A stretch of 64,000 nt of DNA from Patescibacteria group bacterium (GTDB taxonomy: Bacteria; Patescibacteriota; Minisyncoccia; UBA6257; 1-14-0-10-40-38), in the NCBI GenBank assembly GCA_038064975.1, contig JBBTRX010000001.1:336-64335 (forward strand), written 5' to 3'. Shown in pieces: positions 20,783 to 30,240 of the stretch. Numbering within the stretch: the first letter of the stretch is position 1; every line of letters begins with the position of its first letter. The notes beneath the pieces are model-generated. The model saw only the letters and a list, made by a program, of their open reading frames with translations, had not been told where the DNA came from and made no database searches. The translations under genes and the position numbers were made by a program.

Positions 20783-22426
20783 TTACTCTCCGACATGAAC
20801 GAGGTTATCAGGAGGGATATTGTAATAGCTAAGAATAAATTGGGCAAGTTCCCTAAACGCTGGAACTACCGTTGCACCTGCGAGGGTCGCTCCTTTCGGC
20901 TTGTCTAATTTTATGAGTGCAGTGAAACGAGGATTCGTCGCAGGGGCAAATCCGACATAGGTATGGATAAAATCTTCCGAATATCCGCCACGCTTAAAAT
21001 CAGGAACCTGTGCCGTCCCTGTTTTTCCTGCAATATGATATTCGGAAATGCTCGCAACCTTTGCTTTCTTTACTGCGGAGACCATCATATCCGTGACTGC
21101 GCTCGCCGTCTCCCGTGAAATAACACGGCGAACAACATGCGGACCATTTTCACGCGAAAGATAGGGATGCATCAAGAGTCCGCCATTTGCAATCGCAGAA
21201 ATAGCATCAATAAGCTGAAGAGGCGTTACGGAAACTCCTTGCCCATAAGATGCCGTAGCGAAATTAATATCCTGACCCTTTTTTCCAATATTTCCTAAAC
21301 TGCCAGGAACTTCTCCAAGTAATTCAATATCTGTTTTTTCTTCAAATCCAAAAAGTCTAAGATAGGATTCAAACACCTTGTGCCCCGTCTTTTGTTCGGC
21401 AAATGCCGCACCCGTGTTTATTGATTCTTCAATAACCTCAGTCATCGTCACCGTGCCGTGAGCTCTCCCGTCCCAGTTCATAATTTTTTTACCGTTTAGC
21501 GTAAGCGATCCGGAATCATAAAAGGTGGTTTTGGGCGTAATCTTTCCCGTATCAATACCTGCCGCCATAGTTAGAACTTTAAATACCGAACCTGGTTCAT
21601 ATACCGATTGGATCGCAGGATTCAAAAAATCTGAAAGCGAAGCATCTCCGTAACTATTAGGATCAAACGTAGGTCTGTTTGCAAGAGCAAGGATTGCTCC
21701 TGTGCTCGGATCTTGGACAATAATCGTCCCCGCATTCGTGTGATACCGCGCTGTAAGATCGTCCAGCATCTCTTCGGCACGTGCCTGAATATTCCTATCT
21801 ATTGTTAAATAAAAATCTCCTCCATGAACTGGAGCGGTGATCTTTTCCCCTTCAATAGTTCCCCGCTTTCCGCGAAGTTCAACATCGTAGTACGCTTCTA
21901 ATCCGTATTTTCCCATGGGTTCCATATCGTCTTCGCTAAATCCTAAAAATCCCAACACGTGGGAAGCAAGCTGTTCAAAGGGATAAAATCGCAACGTCTC
22001 TTTATCAAAATAAATCCCTTTGATATCTGCAGCCCGCACCGCTTCCACATCCTCTTTTGAAATTTTATTTGCGATATGTTCGTACAAATCGTTCTTTCGC
22101 GCCAAACGTACGGCAAGGCGATCTGCATTAAGATTAAAAATTTTTGCGAGCGCTATTGCAGCTTTTTTGGGATCCTTAATTTCTTTAGGAACCGCAAAAA
22201 CAACGTCATAATCCTTATTCACGACTACCGGAATCACATTTTCATGCTTATCCGTGAAATAGAGCGATCCTCTATGGGGTTCAAGTACGCCCGAAGAAGT
22301 ATATTGGGATTCTGCTTTAGCTGAGTAGTAGCTCCCTTGTGCAATCTGGAGATAATGAAGTCGGAAAATAATGCCAGAAAAGCCGACGATAATTCCAGTA
22401 ATGACAAAAGCGAGCCGAAGTTTCAT
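20783..22426 (-). CDS. ftsI: penicillin-binding protein (FtsI-type transpeptidase)
   Basis: N-terminal TM; SVFK (SxxK) and KTGT motifs. Confidence 0.85.
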   Translation of the reverse strand: MKLRLAFVITGIIVGFSGIIFRLHYLQIAQGSYYSAKAESQYTSSGVLEPHRGSLYFTDKHENVIPVVVNKDYDVVFAVPKEIKDPKKAAIALAKIFNLNADRLAVRLARKNDLYEHIANKISKEDVEAVRAADIKGIYFDKETLRFYPFEQLASHVLGFLGFSEDDMEPMGKYGLEAYYDVELRGKRGTIEGEKITAPVHGGDFYLTIDRNIQARAEEMLDDLTARYHTNAGTIIVQDPSTGAILALANRPTFDPNSYGDASLSDFLNPAIQSVYEPGSVFKVLTMAAGIDTGKITPKTTFYDSGSLTLNGKKIMNWDGRAHGTVTMTEVIEESINTGAAFAEQKTGHKVFESYLRLFGFEEKTDIELLGEVPGSLGNIGKKGQDINFATASYGQGVSVTPLQLIDAISAIANGGLLMHPYLSRENGPHVVRRVISRETASAVTDMMVSAVKKAKVASISEYHIAGKTGTAQVPDFKRGGYSEDFIHTYVGFAPATNPRFTALIKLDKPKGATLAGATVVPAFRELAQFILSYYNIPPDNLVHVGE

Positions 22427-22746
22427 AGATTCTGAGCGAGCGATGGAGCAATAGGTGTTTCAACTTGTAAATATTCGGGATTCTTCTCAAGCACAAGTCC
22501 CTGCGAAGCCGCGTACTCTGCCGCATTCTTGCGGTCAAGTAATGAGTATAACTCATCTTTTAATTCTGCATTGTGGACAGTTTCCTGTTGGATCGCATTT
22601 TCGATGCGTCGGATGTCGTACCGTGCGCCTACTTCCATACTATAGAGCGCGATCATTCCAATTCCAGCGATGCTTACAATGCCAAGCAAGGGAAGAATGA
22701 AAGCGAGTGAGAGTTGTCGTATTTTTCTTGAGTGGAGAAATGTCAT
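22423..22746 (-). CDS. ftsL: cell division protein FtsL-like
   Basis: Small bitopic coiled-coil protein lying between rsmH and ftsI. Confidence 0.55.
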   Translation of the reverse strand: MTFLHSRKIRQLSLAFILPLLGIVSIAGIGMIALYSMEVGARYDIRRIENAIQQETVHNAELKDELYSLLDRKNAAEYAASQGLVLEKNPEYLQVETPIAPSLAQNL

Positions 22747-23630
22747 GTGCGTATAAGTCCTCTTAGTTTTGCCGACCGCGACCTTGGATTGCTTGCGATT
22801 TCGTGGGCTGTGGGAGTAATTGGCTTTTTAGTGATCAGTGTTCCCATACCGGCCTTTGCGAATTCCCTGAAACGCTGTTTTACAATTCTGTCTTCATGGG
22901 AATGGAAGGAAACGATGATCATTCTCCCCCCGGTTGTAAGGATTGAAGGCACGGCGGCGAGGATTCGTTCCAGATTTTCAAATTCCTGATTCGCATAGAT
23001 GCGAAGCGCCATAAATGTTCGCGTTGCCGGATGGATTCTTCCATGTTCATAGTTTGTAGGAACTGCGCCTTTCACTATTTCTGCAAGTTTCGCTGTTGTT
23101 TGAATATCTCCCTTCCGTAAATACTCTTTAATTGCTTTCGCGATACGTTTTGCAAAACGTTCTTCACCGATTTCTTTAAAAATATTCGCGAGATCATGTT
23201 CTTTGAGCTGTTTCAAAAGAGTTTGCACGGGCGTCATCTCGTCGCTATAGGTCATTATGAGTGGCTCGTCACGCATGAAGCTAAATCCCCTCCCCGCGCG
23301 ATCAACCTGGAGCGAAGAAAATCCAAGATCAAGTACAACAACGTCTGCGCTCTCAATTCCCTGCTCGCGGATAAGACTCGGTATGTCCGCGAAATTTCCA
23401 TGGATTGCGATTACACGTAATCGCGGAGACGAAAGTTTTTCTAATTCTTTACCCGTCGTCCGAATCATGGATTCATCCCAATCAATCCCCGCGAATACTC
23501 CATCTCCTTGGAGAACTTCTAAGGAAGCACGGGCATATCCTCCGCCATCAAGTGTTCCGTCAACGATTGTTTCTCCTGGTTGGATGTTTGCCATACGCAT
23601 AACTTCTTCTAAGAGGACTGGTGTGTGCAT
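22743..23630 (-). CDS. rsmH: 16S rRNA (cytosine1402-N4)-methyltransferase
   Basis: MHTPVLLEEV...DGTLGGGGY SAM-binding region. Confidence 0.9.
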   Translation of the reverse strand: MHTPVLLEEVMRMANIQPGETIVDGTLDGGGYARASLEVLQGDGVFAGIDWDESMIRTTGKELEKLSSPRLRVIAIHGNFADIPSLIREQGIESADVVVLDLGFSSLQVDRAGRGFSFMRDEPLIMTYSDEMTPVQTLLKQLKEHDLANIFKEIGEERFAKRIAKAIKEYLRKGDIQTTAKLAEIVKGAVPTNYEHGRIHPATRTFMALRIYANQEFENLERILAAVPSILTTGGRMIIVSFHSHEDRIVKQRFREFAKAGMGTLITKKPITPTAHEIASNPRSRSAKLRGLIRT

Positions 23631-23712
23631 TGCGGTTACGGGTTTTTGAATTTTTGTATATTGTAAGGAATAAACTCTTCAACTCATCAACTGATCAACT
23701 CATTAACTATTC

Positions 23713-24144
23713 TCATATCCCTAGTTCGCCCATTTTTTCAGCAATCTCATCAGAAGCAGATTCCGTCTTCGCCTTGTATTGTTTCCATGAATCGGCATCC
23801 CAAATTTCAAAACGATTAAATACGCCCGTAACAATTGCTTCTTTTTTTAAATCTGCATATTTGCGTAAATGATCCGGTATCAAGATTCTTCCCTGCCCAT
23901 CAATATCAGCTTCAGCTGCACCGGAAAGCATAAGTCGAGAAAATGCACGAGAATTCGCCTGAGCAATCGGAAGCGCGACCAACTTTTGTGCGAGCGTCTC
24001 CCATTCGTTTCTGGAAAATACAAAAAGGCAGTGATCCAATCCCCGAGTTACGATCGCACCGCCTGCGAGATCCTTGCGGAACTTTGCCGGAACTGCGATG
24101 CGTCCCTTTACATCAAAATTGTGTGCGTATTCTCCGATGAACAT
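23713..24144 (-). CDS. mraZ: transcriptional regulator MraZ
   Basis: MFIGEYAHNFDVKGRIAVPAKFR..., a duplicated MraZ domain. Confidence 0.9.
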   Translation of the reverse strand: MFIGEYAHNFDVKGRIAVPAKFRKDLAGGAIVTRGLDHCLFVFSRNEWETLAQKLVALPIAQANSRAFSRLMLSGAAEADIDGQGRILIPDHLRKYADLKKEAIVTGVFNRFEIWDADSWKQYKAKTESASDEIAEKMGELGI

Positions 24145-24160
24145 CTGGGTTAAGTATTAG

Positions 24161-24400
24161 GTTCTAGGGTTTAGAAGATTGGGGCGAGAGTGAGGATATT
24201 CTTCGTAAAAAGGTCATTCTATGCCTTTTTCACCACTAAGCGAGAAGGTTTTGCTTTTAAAAAAGGTGGTCTATAGCTCTTTTTCACCAATAAGTGAGCA
24301 TATCCTTCGTAAAAAGGTCATTCTTATAGCTTTTTTAGAAGAATATGCGAGCGACTTTTCCCCAGATTTCGGGGTTATCCCCATAGTTATCCACTTTCCC
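24161..24400. repeat. degenerate ~50-55-bp tandem repeats (about four units) upstream of mraZ
   Basis: Units begin g[ct]gag and contain atattcttcgtaaaaaggtcattct...ttttcaccaMtaa. The same family occurs at 44455..44677. Confidence 0.5.
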
Positions 24401-24540
24401 CCACTTATGTAACATTCTATGCCACATATACATGTCGGTCAAACACTTTAGTTCTCCCCAGAATATGAAGCTATATAGGTTTTTATAGCCATAATCTCTC
24501 CATGCTATAAGCGAAATCCGGCCGTCCAGGCGGATGAAAA

Positions 24541-24595
24541 AATCCCTTAAAAAGGGATAAAAAGAGGCATACCTAAGTGGGGAAAGGTATGCCCT
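24541..24595 (-). terminator. two tandem rho-independent terminator hairpins downstream of ORF 24606..25241
   Basis: atccctttttaagggat + T-run, and gcatacctttccccacttaggtatgc + T-run, read on the minus strand. Confidence 0.55.
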
Positions 24596-24605
24596 TAGGC
24601 ACGAA

Positions 24606-25184
24606 CTAGTTGTGCCCGTTATTGCCGGAACCGTTGCTGGTCCAGTTGTTGTTGCTTCCGTTCAGGTCGATGTTGTTGTTGTTCCCATTCACGGTCAGCG
24701 TATTGCTGTTTGAACTCTTGTAGAAGTCCACATCGTTGCCGTTTCCGGTCAGGGTGATTGTGGATCCGTTGCCGGTGATGTTGATACCACCGTCACCCAT
24801 CTTGTTGCCTTCCGGCTGATCGGCATCCGTGACACCTTCCGCATTGACCTCCAAGACGTTGTCGTTGCTCGTCTCGAGCTCATCACCGGCGTTGAGTCCG
24901 GAAACCTTGCCTTGAGCGCCATTGCCACAGTCGACCTTGCTCCACGGAGCTCCCTGGTTGGGATGGAACTCCCTCACGGTGAACTTGGACGTGCCTTGCG
25001 TTGCCGTGTTCTCGACCTTCACACCATCGGACGTGGTGTAGGTCTCACCCGGCTTCACTTCCGTAACCTTCGGAACCGTTACCGGACCGGAAGGCGTGCC
25101 GGAACGCGTGGATGACTGCGCGAACGTCGGAACGAGAAGCAGACAGAGTGCGACGAGAAGACTGAACATTCCTTTGAAACTCAT
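24606..25184 (-). CDS. secreted Asn/Gly-rich repeat protein
   Basis: Probable start at MSFKGMF (signal peptide ...VPTFA), preceded by AAGGAGAA. C-terminal NG-rich beta-like repeats. GC higher than the flanks. Confidence 0.5.
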   Translation of the reverse strand: MSFKGMFSLLVALCLLLVPTFAQSSTRSGTPSGPVTVPKVTEVKPGETYTTSDGVKVENTATQGTSKFTVREFHPNQGAPWSKVDCGNGAQGKVSGLNAGDELETSNDNVLEVNAEGVTDADQPEGNKMGDGGINITGNGSTITLTGNGNDVDFYKSSNSNTLTVNGNNNNIDLNGSNNNWTSNGSGNNGHN

Positions 25185-25328
25185 GAGAGTTCTCCTTATG
25201 AAAGTGGGACAGAAAAACATCTTACTCGTCGACAGTGACAAGCAAGAAGTACTGGAAACATAATTTCACATAAAGCAATATATTGTCAAGAAAAAGACCC
25301 CTTCACCTTACGGTGTCGGGGTCCTTGG

Positions 25329-26087
25329 CTATTCGCCCTGTGGGAAGAGCTTCGCGATCTCTTCGGAAGAGAAAATGCCTTTCATCTCGGTGAGATAGGC
25401 TTCGTAGAGAGCACTTCTCTCAAGTTGCAGACTCGGAGCACTCGGATGATCGAAGCCTCCAATTTCAGCCCATCGCACATTCCAATTCTCGAGCGATTGG
25501 TTATAGCGACTAATCGCTTGCACAGCCGGATCCACTTGCCACGGTTGCGGAAGTGATTCCAACCTACCCACGACATAAGATTCAATAATAAGACGATCAT
25601 CTTCAGAGAGTGCCTGAGCCTCGGGTGTCTCACGAAACTCTTGAGTCAAACCCTCCACGAGGTGTTCGCGCCGCAGAGAGACAATATCTTCCTGAAGTTC
25701 TTCAATAAATTTCAGAAGCCGCGCATTCTCTTCTTCAAGGTATGCGATCGTCTTTGATCGATCTTCGTCCAAAGAGATTTCACGAGCAATCTCCACTCTT
25801 GAATCTTGCAAAAATTCATTGGTTTCAGGCTGAATCCAAGCCGATTTGTGATATTCTTCTCCAAAATCAATTGGCTCTCCTGCAAGATCAATTGGCTCAT
25901 GGGGCGTTTCCAAGAGAGGATCGCCAGTTGAGGAAAAGGAAACATAAACCGCCACTATTAGAGTCAAAAACATTAATGCGCCGACAATGGAAAGCAGGGT
26001 AGAAAAAGACATTCTCACACCCTTCGAATTCATAGCCATCATAGGCCTCCCTTGTATCCCTGTGAGTTTTAGATCCCCCGCACACAT
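25329..26087 (-). CDS. hypothetical membrane-anchored coiled-coil protein
   Basis: One TM helix followed by an acidic coiled-coil region. Sits in the GC-elevated islet. Confidence 0.45.
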   Translation of the reverse strand: MCAGDLKLTGIQGRPMMAMNSKGVRMSFSTLLSIVGALMFLTLIVAVYVSFSSTGDPLLETPHEPIDLAGEPIDFGEEYHKSAWIQPETNEFLQDSRVEIAREISLDEDRSKTIAYLEEENARLLKFIEELQEDIVSLRREHLVEGLTQEFRETPEAQALSEDDRLIIESYVVGRLESLPQPWQVDPAVQAISRYNQSLENWNVRWAEIGGFDHPSAPSLQLERSALYEAYLTEMKGIFSSEEIAKLFPQGE

Positions 26088-26212
26088 GAGTCATGCACTG
26101 GAAAAGGACTGTTGATATCAAATCAAATAATCTTCATTTTGTCAATAGATTCTAAAAAAATGCTCCACACACAAGGTGTGGAGCAGAACTCAACCAACTC
26201 GCCTTTGAGGAG

Positions 26213-26455
26213 TTAGGCTGTTCTCACTAGCGTAAGCACGTCTTCATCGTCACCCCCCCTACCCTGAATGGGATGGAGGTAACCTGTCTTTGCCTCCCGC
26301 AGTTCATCGCGGAAAACACTCCAATCTTCGGGACTGAAGAGTTCTGTCAAACTATCACACGTGGTGCAATAGTGTTGCTCCCTCGAGGTAAGGTAGGAGA
26401 CGTACGTTTTACATCTCCCACAGTACCGACTATCCGTATAGAAGTCTCCTCGCAT
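26213..26455 (-). CDS. small zinc-ribbon protein
   Basis: 80 aa with CGRC...CTTC. Confidence 0.4.
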   Translation of the reverse strand: MRGDFYTDSRYCGRCKTYVSYLTSREQHYCTTCDSLTELFSPEDWSVFRDELREAKTGYLHPIQGRGGDDEDVLTLVRTA

Positions 26456-26622
26456 GAACTTCTTCCTCTTCCTCTACTTCTCGTGTTGTAAACGAACCAG
26501 AAAAGCCATTCTACTGAAATCAAGCCGACGAGTCAACTAAAAATCTTCATCCGACTCTGCCGATTACGGCCCGCGCCCTTTCCCACTTACCTTGTTAGAT
26601 TTATAATGCAATCCAGCTATAT

Positions 26623-26699
26623 GCGCGCATAGCTCAGCTGGTTAGAGCGCTACATTCACATTGTAGAGGTCCCTGGTTCGAATCCAGGTGCGCGCACCA
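26623..26699 (+). tRNA. tRNA-Val (anticodon CAC), CCA encoded
   Basis: GCGCGCATAGCTCAGCTGGTTAGAGCGCTACATTCACATTGTAGAGGTCCCTGGTTCGAATCCAGGTGCGCGCACCA. Confidence 0.85.
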
Positions 26700-26865
26700 A
26701 AATCTAAAAGGGCAAATGACAACTCATAACCATTTCAAGAAACTAAAAAGATAACCTTTGTGTTTGTTGTAAGGTGCGACATGAATGCGAGAGCTCCTCT
26801 CACAAATCAGCGCATACACGTAATCCCTTTCCGATACCCATCCTAATTCCTCACACTCAAAAACA

Positions 26866-26898
26866 CCCACCATAAGCGGCGGGTGTTTTTGGTTATAT
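26866..26898 (-). terminator. terminator hairpin downstream of rplL (bidirectional)
   Basis: acacccgccgcttatggtgggtgt flanked by T-runs on both strands. Confidence 0.5.
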
Positions 26899-26917
26899 TG
26901 AACGTAAGGCAAATACC

Positions 26918-27304
26918 TTATTTCAAAATAGCTGTTGCTCCTGCTCCTTCTAATTTCTTTTTTAGATCCTCGGCGTCTTCTTTCTTCATGCCAGCTTTTA
27001 CAACCTTTTCACCGCCTTCCGTCATATCTTTCGCTTCTTTGAGTCCAAGGCCCAATACTTCGCGAATAACTTTAATGACTTGGATCTTTTGGCCGCCCGC
27101 ATCCTTCATAACTACGTCAAATGAAGTTTTCTCTTCTGCTGCATCAGCACCTGCCGCTCCATTGCCCATAGCGGCAACCGGCATAGCAGCGGAAACACCG
27201 AACTTCTCTTCAATCGCTTTTACGAGTTCTGAGAGTTCAGAAACTTTCATTCCTTCAATCTTGGTTAAAATATCGTTAAATTTTTCCATATTGTTCATTA
27301 TCAA
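26918..27304 (-). CDS. rplL: 50S ribosomal protein L7/L12
   Basis: EKFGVSAA...[39 protein letters not shown]. Exact start uncertain (M1 or M6). Confidence 0.9.
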   Translation of the reverse strand: MIMNNMEKFNDILTKIEGMKVSELSELVKAIEEKFGVSAAMPVAAMGNGAAGADAAEEKTSFDVVMKDAGGQKIQVIKVIREVLGLGLKEAKDMTEGGEKVVKAGMKKEDAEDLKKKLEGAGATAILK

Positions 27305-27314
27305 TTGTTTATTA

Positions 27315-27872
27315 TTATCCGACCGTTTCGGTCTTTACTTCTTCCGCTTTCACTTCAGGCGCTGGTGATTCCCCGCCTTTCTTTCCTACTTCTTGCAACA
27401 CGTACATAAGCTTACGGAGAGGCCCGTTCAAAACATTAGCGAGCTGTGCCAAGAGCACTTCGCGGCTCGGTAATTGTGCAAGCGTTGTGAAAGCCTGTGC
27501 ATCCAGATATTCGCCGTGGGCGAGATCAAACGCTCCAAGTACTTTAAACTCTTTTTTCTCTCGCGCGACATCGCGGGAAAACTTATAAATCGCTCCTGCG
27601 GATTCCGTAAGTTCGCCCGGGATAAAGATGCTTCCAACCTGCGCATCGTACTGCGTAGGATCAAAATCAATCTTGCTCTGCTTGAACGCGATCTTTAGAA
27701 GACGCTTTTTGATAACGCGAAACACTGCTCCGCTCTTTTTGAGCTCGCTCTTTAGCTTACTCAAAAGGGCAATGCTTACGCCCGAAAAATCGGCGAAGAC
27801 AACGCTTCCGCTTTTCTCTAAAAGCTCTTTTCCCGCCCCAAGCTCTTTTATTTTTTGTTCTCGTGATTTCAT
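27315..27872 (-). CDS. rplJ: 50S ribosomal protein L10
   Basis: L10 fold, located upstream of rplL. Start trimmed to MKSREQKI (uncertain). Confidence 0.85.
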   Translation of the reverse strand: MKSREQKIKELGAGKELLEKSGSVVFADFSGVSIALLSKLKSELKKSGAVFRVIKKRLLKIAFKQSKIDFDPTQYDAQVGSIFIPGELTESAGAIYKFSRDVAREKKEFKVLGAFDLAHGEYLDAQAFTTLAQLPSREVLLAQLANVLNGPLRKLMYVLQEVGKKGGESPAPEVKAEEVKTETVG

Positions 27873-27923
27873 AGAAATATTGCTGTATACGACCTTTTCC
27901 GCAAAATAAAACTGCGGGAACAT

Positions 27924-28020
27924 TCCGCAGCTCGAATACTGGAGTATTTGAGTGTTTCCTCGGTAGGGCTTATGAAATGCCTACTTTCTGCGGATTGCGA
28001 ATATATTAACAAACCCGACT
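27924..28020 (-). ncRNA. possible L10 (rplJ) leader / autoregulatory structure
   Basis: About 100-nt structured 5' UTR upstream of rplJ containing ccgcag...ctgcgg pairing. Inferred from position only. Confidence 0.25.
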
Positions 28021-28083
28021 CTTCACGTCAAGAAAAAACCCCCGGAACGCTTGCGCGCATCGGAGGCTGTTGAGAAGAAAGGG

Positions 28084-28527
28084 CTACTTGCGGATAGCAG
28101 CGAATCGAAAGAATTCAGGCCAACTAGCCTCGAGATTGCGAAGGCCAAGAGATCGATCCGAGCTGTCCCCAGCGAGGTACGGAACTTCACGAACGTGGCA
28201 ACCCCCCGGGACCCGCCAGACAGAAGCAAGCGCCACGATTGGGAATTCTCGTTGAAGATTGGGATAATGTTCGCCGAGGGCGAGAAGTTCATAGAGCCCT
28301 ATAGGGCAGTAGCCCATCCTGCTAATCTCATCGCGTACATCGTAAATCGAACTTATCCGATTGAGGTGGATGAGCCCTACCGCGACTTCAGCCAAACCAC
28401 TACACTTAGTGGAGAAATTCCTGGATTTGATATCGGATTTCACCCGGTCATAGCGACCGAGCCTCACCGCTGCTTCGACCGAGAGGTCGTAGTTCACTTG
28501 AACTACTACTTCAGGCTCCGTAGTCAT
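28084..28527 (-). CDS. hypothetical protein (GC-elevated)
   Basis: 147-aa ORF with a strong SD (AAAGGAGAA, 7 nt before the ATG). An overlapping plus-strand ORF, 28051..28554, has no SD. Confidence 0.45.
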   Translation of the reverse strand: MTTEPEVVVQVNYDLSVEAAVRLGRYDRVKSDIKSRNFSTKCSGLAEVAVGLIHLNRISSIYDVRDEISRMGYCPIGLYELLALGEHYPNLQREFPIVALASVWRVPGGCHVREVPYLAGDSSDRSLGLRNLEASWPEFFRFAAIRK

Positions 28528-28699
28528 GACTGTTCTCCTTTAAGGAACGAGTAGAATCGCTTCTCATAACCAGCGTCATGGCGGTTACGTTCAGAAGCCC
28601 ATGTTTAACGTACTCCATTAATTATACTCCTATTTCTATATTCTGTCAAATACAATAAATAATCGATATACAATTCAAACTCTTCAACTCACCAACTCA

Positions 28700-29395
28700 T
28701 TAACCCCTCAACTCCCCTTGCTTCCGCCATTCCTCAATCTTCTTATGATTCCCCAACAAAAGCACCTTCGGGACACGCCATGAAGATGACTTAGAACTTT
28801 TAACTGACAACTTATAACTTTTCTTATTTTTTAGATTTGGTATAAAAATCTCCGGCTTCGTATAGACCGGATACGAACCTTTTATTTCCTCTAACGATTC
28901 ATGTTTCCCAAGCACTCCCGGAATAAAACGCGAAACTGCATCCACAAGAATCATTGCCGGCAATTCCCCACCGGAGAGAACGTAATCCCCTAACGATATT
29001 TCTTCGTCTGCAACATGCTCCGCAACGCGCTCGTCTACACCTTCGTACCTTCCACAAATTAAAATAAGCTGGTCGTATTTTGCAAGACGTTTTGCAATAC
29101 TCGCGTCAAATTTTTTACCCCGCGTAGAAAATAAAATTACGCGGGTTTTTTGTTTTTTGTTTTTAGTTTTTAGTTTCTGCACTATTTTGTAGATCGGCTC
29201 TACCTTAAACACCATCCCTGGACCGCCTCCATATGGAGAATCATCTACAGTTTTATGTTTATCGATCGTAACGTCCCGCAAGTTATGAGCTTTAATCGTT
29301 ATGAGTTTCTTTTCTTGTGCTCGTCTCAAAATAGACTCATTAAAATATGAGTCAAAGATCTGCGGAAAAATAGTTATGAGATCAAACTTCAGCAT
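28700..29395 (-). CDS. trmD: tRNA (guanine37-N1)-methyltransferase
   Basis: LITIFPQIF...SPYGGGPGMV SPOUT motifs. Start trimmed to MLKFDL; the upstream extension overlaps a terminator hairpin. Confidence 0.9.
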   Translation of the reverse strand: MLKFDLITIFPQIFDSYFNESILRRAQEKKLITIKAHNLRDVTIDKHKTVDDSPYGGGPGMVFKVEPIYKIVQKLKTKNKKQKTRVILFSTRGKKFDASIAKRLAKYDQLILICGRYEGVDERVAEHVADEEISLGDYVLSGGELPAMILVDAVSRFIPGVLGKHESLEEIKGSYPVYTKPEIFIPNLKNKKSYKLSVKSSKSSSWRVPKVLLLGNHKKIEEWRKQGELRG

Positions 29396-29440
29396 GGTAC
29401 GTATTAAAACAACCCGCATTTCGCGGGTGTTTTTAAAAAT

Positions 29441-29728
29441 CTATTCTTGTGGTTCTGGACGACTCGCACGTGATCCACCCTCCGGTTCGTCAATCTTTAA
29501 ATTAACACGCGCATCATGCTTAATACCTACAATACGGAGCAGAGAACGGATTGCGTTCGCAGTCGCGCCCTTGCGGCCAACCACTTGCCCCATGTCTTGA
29601 GGATTAACTCTCAACGTTAAAAGAACGCCAAGTTCATCAATGCGGCGATCAACTTTCACATCCTCCGGATGGTCAACGATTGATTTTACGAGAAATTCCA
29701 AAAATTCCTGGTCAGAAACTTTGTTCAT
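29441..29728 (-). CDS. KH-domain RNA-binding protein (YlqC/UPF0109-like)
   Basis: GQVVGRKGATANAIRSL KH motif, in the conserved position between rpsP and trmD. Confidence 0.8.
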   Translation of the reverse strand: MNKVSDQEFLEFLVKSIVDHPEDVKVDRRIDELGVLLTLRVNPQDMGQVVGRKGATANAIRSLLRIVGIKHDARVNLKIDEPEGGSRASRPEPQE

Positions 29729-29804
29729 AGGCTCTCTGTAATTATCTGAATTTGGCGACCTTATTTATATAGTAACTATAGTAATAACAACTTACACCGT
29801 CAAT

Positions 29805-30125
29805 TTATGCCGCAGCCGGAGTTTGCGCTGCTGCAGGAGCGGATGCCTCGCCCTTCTTCTTTGACTGGTTATGGACTGCACGCTTCGTGCCCTCAATAAT
29901 ACCTGCGCGAAGCAAAAGATTATGAATCGTATCTGTTGGCTGTGCGCCTACTTTAATCCAATGCAAAATGCGTTCTTTTTTGATTTCGTAAGTATTTAAC
30001 AACGGATTAAACCAACCCAAATCCTCCGTGTGCTGGCCATGGAGTTTGGAACGGCGCTCGCTCACGACAACGCGATATGCCGGCTGATGTTTCTTTCCGA
30101 TACGTTTGAGTTTTATGGATAACAT
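29805..30125 (-). CDS. rpsP: 30S ribosomal protein S16
   Basis: MLSIKLKRIGKKHQPAYRVVV. The track's ORF extends upstream; trimmed to the ATG of MLSIKL. Confidence 0.85.
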   Translation of the reverse strand: MLSIKLKRIGKKHQPAYRVVVSERRSKLHGQHTEDLGWFNPLLNTYEIKKERILHWIKVGAQPTDTIHNLLLRAGIIEGTKRAVHNQSKKKGEASAPAAAQTPAAA

Positions 30126-30240
30126 GAATATGGGAGTTATGGTAGCACAAGCGTAAAAAACCGTCAAAGCCATAAAAAAGCCGGCCGCGCGATCGAATCG
30201 CATGGCCGGACAGGGCTTTCTATGAAAACCAATTAAGGAA

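Noticed and set aside
24161-24400. Possible CRISPR array (tandem repeats of roughly 50 bp)
   Set aside because: Repeat units are degenerate, not near-identical; lengths are irregular; there is no repeat-spacer alternation and no cas genes nearby.
28051-28554. Plus-strand 167-aa ORF
   Set aside because: It overlaps almost entirely with the minus-strand ORF 28084..28527, which has a strong SD (AAAGGAGAA). The plus ORF has none.
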